Of a DNA stretch of 64,000 nt, positions 57,011 through 64,000 are shown piece after piece. This DNA is from Tubiluchus corallicola (lineage: Eukaryota; Animalia; Priapulida), in NCBI GenBank assembly GCA_030141605.1, contig JAQGDQ010000253.1, positions 13,618-77,617 on the forward strand, read 5' to 3'. Made by a program: the position numbers and the translations under genes. The stretch's first letter is position 1; the number at the start of each line of letters is the position of its first letter. The notes beneath the pieces are model-generated. The model made no database searches. It had not been told where the DNA came from and saw only the letters and a list, made by a program, of their open reading frames with translations.

Positions 57011-59149
57011 TCTACTATTATATTAATATTCTTGGTATCTTAATATATATATATATTTATTTATTTATATATAAGATTCGAGGCTACAGCCCGGACGAGG
57101 GCACCATTTGCGGCGATCTATATATCAAACGAAAGGTCTCGATCTAGTGTCGTGCCATTGATGGTTTATTTTTCGAATCGGGCCCACCGGGAGGAACGGG
57201 AGGCGAAAAACCCCCCAAAATGGCCCTTTTTCGGCCGTTTTTTGCAAAAGTTATACGGCTGAGATGTAGAGAACGGGAACGGGCCGAGGGGGGTGCTGGG
57301 TATGGATAGATAGCCCGTTCAGCGGTGGGTGTCATAGGCCTATTTAGAATTCCCAAGAGGGCCACGGGGTCCCGTAACGGGCGTTTTCGCGGACCCAACT
57401 CGCGATTTTTTCGAAATTTTGATCAAACAGCCTGCGGGAAAAACGTTCTAGCGGCGCCCGGTTGGACTCTCGGAAGGAGATATATAGCTCTTTACAAAGA
57501 GGAAGAACGGGGCTACACGATGATGTGGGCTATATGTTAGGGCAGGTCCACCGAAAGGAGTATTGGCGAGTTAGTTAGGAGTTCTATTTTCGGCAATTTT
57601 CACTTAGAAAATTGCTGACGCAAAGGCATTGTTGTGACGTCATCCATTGTACTCTGTCTATAATCTTATAACTTTAATTCAGCAAAAAGCTACAGGCTTT
57701 GCGTTAGTTAGACAAACGGCAGGCACGATGTTAAGGGCTTTGTGTTATAAATGAGGACTAGGTAGGATGTTCGCGTATTATTGATTACGCGTGGTTTTTT
57801 ACGCAAAATCTTTTGCGGGGCCTTTGTTATTTATTATATTATAGCACATAGTTTCAACTTTGTGAAAAATGTTGGGAATGGTTTTGTTGTAATGCTGTGT
57901 TGTTGGTGCTTGTGCTATAGGTGTCATCATCATTGCCACCATCATCATCATGATCACCACGTGAGGTGGTGGATTTGATGTGGTGTGGTGGTGGTGTGTT
58001 TTGTGTGTTGTGCTATGGATGGTGTGGTGGGGTGATAGGGTGTGTGGGGTGTGGTGTGGGTAGTGTGGTATGGAGTGGGTGGCGTGGTGTGTGGGTGGGT
58101 GGGTGTTGTGGTGCAGTGTGGTGTTATGGTGTGGTGCAGTATGGTGTGATGTGGTGGAGTATTATGGTGTGGGTGGTGTGGTGTGGGTGGTGAGGTGTGG
58201 TGGTATGGTGTGGTGCAGTGTGGTGTGATGTGGTGGAGTCGTATGGTGTGGTGTGGTGTGTGGGTGGTGCGGTGTGCTGCAGTGGTATGGTGTTGTGCGG
58301 TGTGGTGTGATGTGGTGGAGTGGTATGGTGTGGGTGGTGTGGTGTGTAGGTGGGTGGGTGGTGTGGTGCAGTGTGGTGTTATGGTGTGGTGCTGTGCAGT
58401 GTGATGTGGTGGAGTCGTATGGTGTGGGTGGTGTGGTGTGGTGTGTGGGTGGTGCGGTGTGCTGCAGTGGTATGGTGTGGTGCAGTGTGGTGTGATGTGG
58501 TGGAGTGGTATGGTGTGGGTGGTGTGGTGTGTAGGTGGTATGGTGTGGTGCGGTGCGGTGTGGTGGTATTGTAAGGTGCAGTGTGGTGTTATGGTGTGGT
58601 GCAGTGTGGTGTGATGTGGTGGAGTATTATGGTGGGGGTGGTGTGGTGTGTGGGTGGTGCGGTGTGGTGTGGTGTGGTGCAGTGGTATGGTGTGGTGTGG
58701 TGCAGTGTGGTGTGATGTGGTGGAGTCGTATGGTGTGGGTGGTGTGGTGTGGTGTGGTGCGGTGTGCTGCAGTGGTATGGTGTGGTGCGGTGTGGTGTGA
58801 TGTGGTGGAGTGGTATGGTGTGGGTGGTGTGGTGTGTAGGTGGGTGGGTGGTGTGGTGCAGTGTGGTGTTATGGTGTGGTGCTGTGCGGTGTGATGTGGT
58901 GGAGTATTATGGTGTGGGTGGTGCAATGGTATGGTGTGGTGCAGTGTGGTGTGATGTGGTGGAGTGGTATGGTGTGGGTGGTGTGGTGTGTAGGTGGTAT
59001 GGTGTGGTGCCGTGCGGTGTGGTGGTATTGTGTGGTGCGATGAGGTGGAGTGGTATGGTGTGGTGCAGTGCGGTGTGATGTGGTGGAGTGGTGTGGTGTG
59101 GGTTGTGTGTTGATTTGTGCACAAAATTCTTTTTGTGGGGTTTGGCTAG
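57011..59149 (+). mobile_element. Non-autonomous Helitron-like element, copy 1 (core ~57011-57830 plus GTG-minisatellite extension)
   Basis: A|TC 5' start. The ~800-bp core is highly similar to 59150-59965. The internal hairpin CGCAAAA-TC-TTTTGCG (57802-17) is followed by TTAT instead of CTAG. A second hairpin CACAAAA-TTCT-TTTTGTG (59120-37) is followed by CTAG at 59146-49. Confidence 0.7.
57965..59110. repeat. GT-rich minisatellite built on GTGTG/GGTAT units with higher-order blocks
   Basis: Recurring blocks such as GTGTGGTGTGATGTGGTGGAGT(GG/CG/AT)TATGGTGTGGGTGGTG; explains the V/W/C/G and H/T/P ORFs. Confidence 0.95.
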
Positions 59150-59965
59150 TCTCTTATATTAATATTCTTGGTATCTTAATATATATATATATTTATTTAT
59201 ATATAAGTTTCGAGGCTACAGCCCAGACGACGGCACCATTTGCAGCGATCTATATATCAAACGAAAGGTCTCGATCTAGTGTCGTCTCATTGGGGGTTTA
59301 TTTTTCGAATCAGGCCCACCGCGAGGAACGGGGGGGCGAAAAACCTCCAAAAATGGCCATTTTTCGGCCTTTTTTTGCAAAAGTTATACGCCTGAGATGT
59401 AGAGAATGGGAATGGGCCGAGGGTGGTGCTGGGTATGGATAGATAGCCAGTTCAGCGATGGGTGTCATAGGCCTATTTAGAATTCGCGAGAGGGCCACGG
59501 CGCCCCGCAACGGGCGTTTTCCTGGACCCAACTCGCGATTTTTTCGAAATTTTGACCAAACAGCATGCGGGAAAAACGTTCTAGCGTCGCCCAGTGGGAC
59601 TCTAGGAAGGAGATATATAGCTCTTTACAAAGAGGAAGGACAGGGCTACACGATGATGTAGGCTACATTTTAGAGCAGGTCCACCGAGAGGAGTACCGAG
59701 GAGTTAATTGGATGTTCTATTTTCGACAATTTTCGCTTAGAAAATTGCTGACGCAAAGGCATTGTTGTGACGTCATCCATTGTATTCTGTCTATAATCTT
59801 ATAGCTTTAATTCAGTAAAAGCTGCTGCTTTGCGTTAGGTAAGTAAACATACAGTAGGCAGGATGTTACGGGCTTTGTGTAATAAATGAGGACTAGGTAG
59901 AATGTTCGCGTGTTATTGATTATACGTGGTTTTTTACGCAAAATCTTTTGCGGGGCCTTTGCTAG
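59150..59965 (+). mobile_element. Non-autonomous Helitron-like element, copy 2
   Basis: Starts with TC immediately after the preceding CTAG. Ends with hairpin CGCAAAA-TC-TTTTGCG (59937-52), then 9 nt, then CTAG|T (59962-66). No TIR or TSD. Confidence 0.75.
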
Positions 59966-60892
59966 TTATTATTATTATTATTATTTTCATAAATGTGCAG
60001 CAATTTATTTATTTATTTATATTTTTTATATTTTAAACAGAATAAACAACTAACGCACGCTCTTATGTCTGGACTTGATAGTTGGATTGGAGTGTTTGAG
60101 CATTCTTGGTCAATCTTGATGAAATGGGTCATGCATGCTACGTGAATACTAAAATATTTTTACTGTTATGCAACAACACACACCGAGTTTGCCACTCTCA
60201 CGTGTTGGCCCTTTACACTCGTGACATTTTAGTTCATGATTTTATATTATACATAAACGATGTTACTAACTCAGTTTTAATTTGAACATAAATTTAGTGA
60301 AAACAGTAAGGTTTAATAGCGCCAAAAAGTTGTGGCTGAAAAACTGAACTTGCTGTGGTTCAGGAAATATTATTAAAATGCAGTTTAGCAATGAAATGTC
60401 GTGTGCGCTTATTCTGGTGTTCGTTTTCGTGCCAAGGTAAGATTTTGTATATAAAAACATAAAAATTCTATATAGTTCGAGTTTTATTATCTTATTCCTG
60501 GTTTTGTGTTAGCCAATTATATGAAGGTAAGTGGTTTTTATTACAGCACATGCTAGGCAATTTTCTTTCAAACAATTTTATTGCACGATTGAATGTTTTA
60601 TTTTACAGAAAATTCGACAGAATTCAAACGAAAGTGGAATAATCTTATTATTTTTGAAAAAAATGTTGTGTGATTGCTAAATCTAGAACACATGTTATGT
60701 TAACACGGTGCAGCAGACGCTTGTTTTCCTGCCTGTGTACTTTCGAAATCAAAATTCCGTAGTACAAATATAATTTTGGGTAGGACTGAAATTAAAAAAA
60801 CAAAATATTTTTCTCAATTTCGAAACTGTTCGAAATGATAAACACTGTTAGACTCATGCACCAATGATCAATAATGCGCGATAGTTTTACAT

Positions 60893-61204
60893 TGTTAAAC
60901 TATTCTTTAATTTAACAATGGCTAACGAAGTTAAGGGTCAGAAAGCAACTGCTAGAGACAAGGATAATGGGAATGATGTCATAAAAATGTTATGCGTCAT
61001 AGTAGTTTTCCCGACTGAATGTTCAACGACTTTCCCCATTCTTGATTTAGTTAGTTAATCATTTGTTAAACTATTCTGTTTTTACAATGGGTGACGAAAT
61101 TAAGGGTTAGAAGGCAAATGCTAGAGACAAGGATAATGGCGATGTTTTCCCATTCTCGGTCATTCAAAAGAGAGGTCTTGATTTAGTTAGTTAATCATTT
61201 GTTT
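60893..61204 (+). repeat. Imperfect tandem duplication (~170 bp and ~140 bp units)
   Basis: TGTTAAACTATTCT..ACAATGG..ACGAA.TTAAGGGT.AGAA..TGCTAGAGACAAGGATAATGG and TCTTGATTTAGTTAGTTAATCATTTGTT each occur twice, in the same order. Confidence 0.88.
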
Positions 61205-61702
61205 AACAATTTTTCGCGTTTTGTCTTAACATCCCTGAGTCGTAGTGTGGTTGCTGTCTCTTTTTTCGTGTATGGCTGCAACTGTAACACGTGCGCGTAC
61301 AAAGATTTTCATCTACCTTTTCTTCTTTGTCTTTGTCTTCTGTTTGCTTTTGATCTATTTTTTGTATGTGCCCGTTGTTACTTAATTTTTTATTCGTGTT
61401 GTTTACGTGTTTAGTCGTGTCGTTTTGAAACTGAAAATACTGGACTAAACGGAAATTAAACGGTGACGGACGTGGGTAATTAAACACTAAAGTGACATGG
61501 AATTATACAATGGCAGTTACTTAGATATTTTATCTGTTACTGATTTCAACAGGTTCATACAGCTGCAGAGTCATCTATCTAACAGCTTATAAAATATTTT
61601 AGCTTGAGTTAGTAAAATGATTCGATAATTAATTTGTGGTCAAGTCGCTGTGCAAGTGTGGATGCTTTTAAACTCAGAAATTTCGTTTTTCTTTACAATC
61701 AC

Positions 61703-61704
<2 letters not shown>

Positions 61705-61772
<68 letters not shown>

Positions 61773-62012
61773 AGATATAGATATAGATACAGATACAGAT
61801 ATAGATACAGATACAGATACAGATACAGATACAGATACAGATACAGATACAGATATAAGATATAGATATAGATATAGATATAGATATAGATATAGATATA
61901 GATATAGATATAGATATAGATATAGATATAGATATAGATATAGATATAGATATAGATATAGATATAGATATAGATATAGATATAGATATAGATATAAATA
62001 TATATATATATA
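61705..62012. repeat. Compound (TA)n/(GATATA)n/(GATACA)n microsatellite
   Basis: Directly visible. Confidence 0.97.
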
Positions 62013-62115
62013 CGTGAATATATCAGCTTGCTGCTCGGGGATTGCTCAAACAAACAAGGGGTTGATATGTTGGTTTTCTTAAGACATTTTGTGGACAATT
62101 ATTTATATATATATA

Positions 62116-63060
62116 TTGGACAAGTTTATATAAATTAAAGTAAAACAATCAGCGTTTACTTTGAAAACCGATGTCTCGTCAAGCTGTTATTTTCCTGCCT
62201 GTTTCTTTAGCTTATGAAAATTAGACAAGGTCGCCGCCAGAGTTTAAAAAATTTGACGCACAAGCAGTTAGAGGGTCTGGGGGAGCGCTGCAAGCGGCCC
62301 TTCTGTATTTAAGCTCATTTTGAAGGCCTCAAATGGGATCTAACACTTACATGGTGTCGATTTTCTTATCAGGGGTGGGCCCAAGAGGCATGCAACCCTG
62401 CTTTCACGGTAGTAGTGAAATTGTGAGTCACGGGTTTTAGATAACATGCGTTTTAAACTAGTGAACTTGCCTGATGAAATAGCTTCAGGCAACCGCAAAA
62501 TGTGTGGCCGAGATGTTCTGCTGTTTAGCTGTGTCCGGTGGAGAAAATTAGCATGCACGCATTATGCATGACCAGTGGTGGGCTGGTAATTTAACAGTCT
62601 CACATCAGTTTTATGCGTGACTATGCACATTTTGATGGGTAAATAATCTTGACACTAAATAAATTAAGCTTAAGTAATGGGTTATTCGCATTTAGTGTAT
62701 TACGAAAATTGCCTATAAGATATATTTCTGCTACAATAGAATACAATGAACTTTACTTAGGTAAATGTAAATAAAATATATTTATTAAAGCAGAATTTTT
62801 CACGTTTGTGGATGTCTATGTATCGGAATTTAGATCTCATTTGAGGCCTTCAAAATAAGGTTAAAAAATACAGAAGGGCCGCTTGCAGCGCTCCCCCAGA
62901 CCCTCTAACTGCTTATGCGTCAAATTTTTTAAACTCTGGCGGCGCCCTTGTCTAATTTTCATAAGCTAAAGAAACAGGCAGGAAAACAACAGCTTGACGA
63001 GACATCGGTTTTCAAAGTAAACGCTGATTGTTTTACTTTAATTTGTACAAGCTTGTCCAA
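62116..63060. mobile_element. Long-TIR (foldback) non-autonomous DNA transposon
   Basis: The ~228-bp arms at 62116-62343 and 62830-63060 are near-identical reverse complements (TTGGACAAG...GAGGGTCTGGGGGAGCGCTGCAAGCGGCCCTTCTGTAT...GGCCTCAAATG). TA flanks both ends, and the ~490-bp spacer has no credible ORF. Confidence 0.92.
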
Positions 63061-63544
63061 TATCAAAATTAAGCTAATATTAACTAGAAAATGTACTGGA
63101 CTAGTAAGAGAAAATTTATTTGCAACTCCTTTCAGATTTCACAATTCCTTTCAGCTTTCAGGCAACTGAATTTTTGCGGATTTTAGACAGTCCTCATAGC
63201 AAATACATTCAGCCTTTTCTCCGAAGTTCGTATGCGAAACTGCAGCCGAGAAGGCGACAGGAAACCAGTTTTTTGCCAACCGATGGTAAAAATTCGCCTT
63301 TTTCGGTGAACAACAACGTCAACTGGTTACGCGATGTGAAGAGTGCCTCGGACTTGCCCCACATGCAAAATTTCCCTACGTCGTTCGACCACCATGGCCA
63401 GCAAGCTCGAAGTAATACCTACTTGCCTCGAACACCAACATTTGTGTGAGTAATTATAGCTGTTACATGTATTGTTACGTCTACATGTTTTGAAGATAGC
63501 TAAGAAGTGCACAAGCTCAAATGTCGTCGCCTGATTATGGTTAC

Positions 63545-63767
63545 CTTACCTTAGACCTTAGTCCTTCCCATGCCCGGGATGCACATTGGGCAGACAGCAT
63601 TTTCCACTGGGTTCTACCGTCGGCTTCTCTTTCGATGTTCTCCCAACGTCTGTTCACAGCCCGAAGGTCTTCTTTGAAAGATCTGCGCCACGTTGTTTTT
63701 GGCCGACCTCTTTTCCCCTTTCCACCAGTTGATTCCCAGCGTAACGCTATTTTGGAGTGGCGTTGTT
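63545..63767 (-). mobile_element. 5'-truncated RTE-clade LINE with 14-bp TSD
   Basis: The minus frame reads EQRHSKIALRWESTGGKGKRGRPKTTWRRSFKEDLRAVNRRWENIEREADGRTQWKMLSAQCASR (RTE C-terminal RGRPKxTW motif), with a TAAGG-type tail. CTGATTATGGTTAC is duplicated exactly at 63531-44 and 63768-81. Confidence 0.92.
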
Positions 63768-64000
63768 CTGATTATGGTTACTTACACTCTCTTTACAATT
63801 TTCATTCATGGGATTTCTGTGACCCGTTAAGATTTAGAAACGAACAACATTTTACAACTAAATGGTAGGCTAGCTGATGATGTAGACTATATGTACTAAG
63901 AGGCGTGTTTTGGAGGGGGGGAGGATTACTCGGGGTATTACTGTTTAATTGGATGGTAGTATATGTCTTAATATAAAAGTACTAAGAGATGTGTTCTGGG

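Noticed and set aside
57966-59124. Cys/Trp/Val/Gly-rich and His/Thr/Pro-rich ORFs
   Set aside because: Products of the GTG minisatellite in multiple frames.
57144-59804. Similar short ORFs in the two duplicated cores
   Set aside because: Start and stop positions are not conserved between the copies; the similarity reflects DNA repeat identity, and no Rep or helicase motifs are present.

Overview
This is AT-rich (roughly one-third GC by eye), repeat-dense, gene-poor eukaryotic DNA. It is most likely an invertebrate animal, inferred from the L2, RTE, Penelope, Kolobok and Helitron repeats and the TTAGGG-type repeats. Almost all ORFs in the track are microsatellite or chance frames. The only confidently recognisable gene is an intronless, divergent histone H2A variant (1905-2300, +). 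Its histone fold carries macroH2A-type residues, but it has no linker or macro domain, a short Arg-rich N-tail and a ~19-aa insertion in loop L1. A frameshifted partial paralog lies ~0.8 kb upstream. The rest looks like intronic or regulatory DNA. Five ATG-initiated, phase-0 candidate first exons lie on the minus strand (19.5-46.7 kb) and may belong to one large multi-promoter gene whose body I could not identify. Mobile DNA includes two 5'-truncated RTE ends with TSDs, L2/CR1-group fragments, Penelope remnants with degenerate hammerhead-like motifs, Kolobok- and Harbinger-type MITEs, a long-TIR foldback element, and a head-to-tail Helitron-like pair with signs of terminator bypass. No rRNA, tRNA or CRISPR array was found. 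All family assignments come from motif recognition by eye, not database searches.
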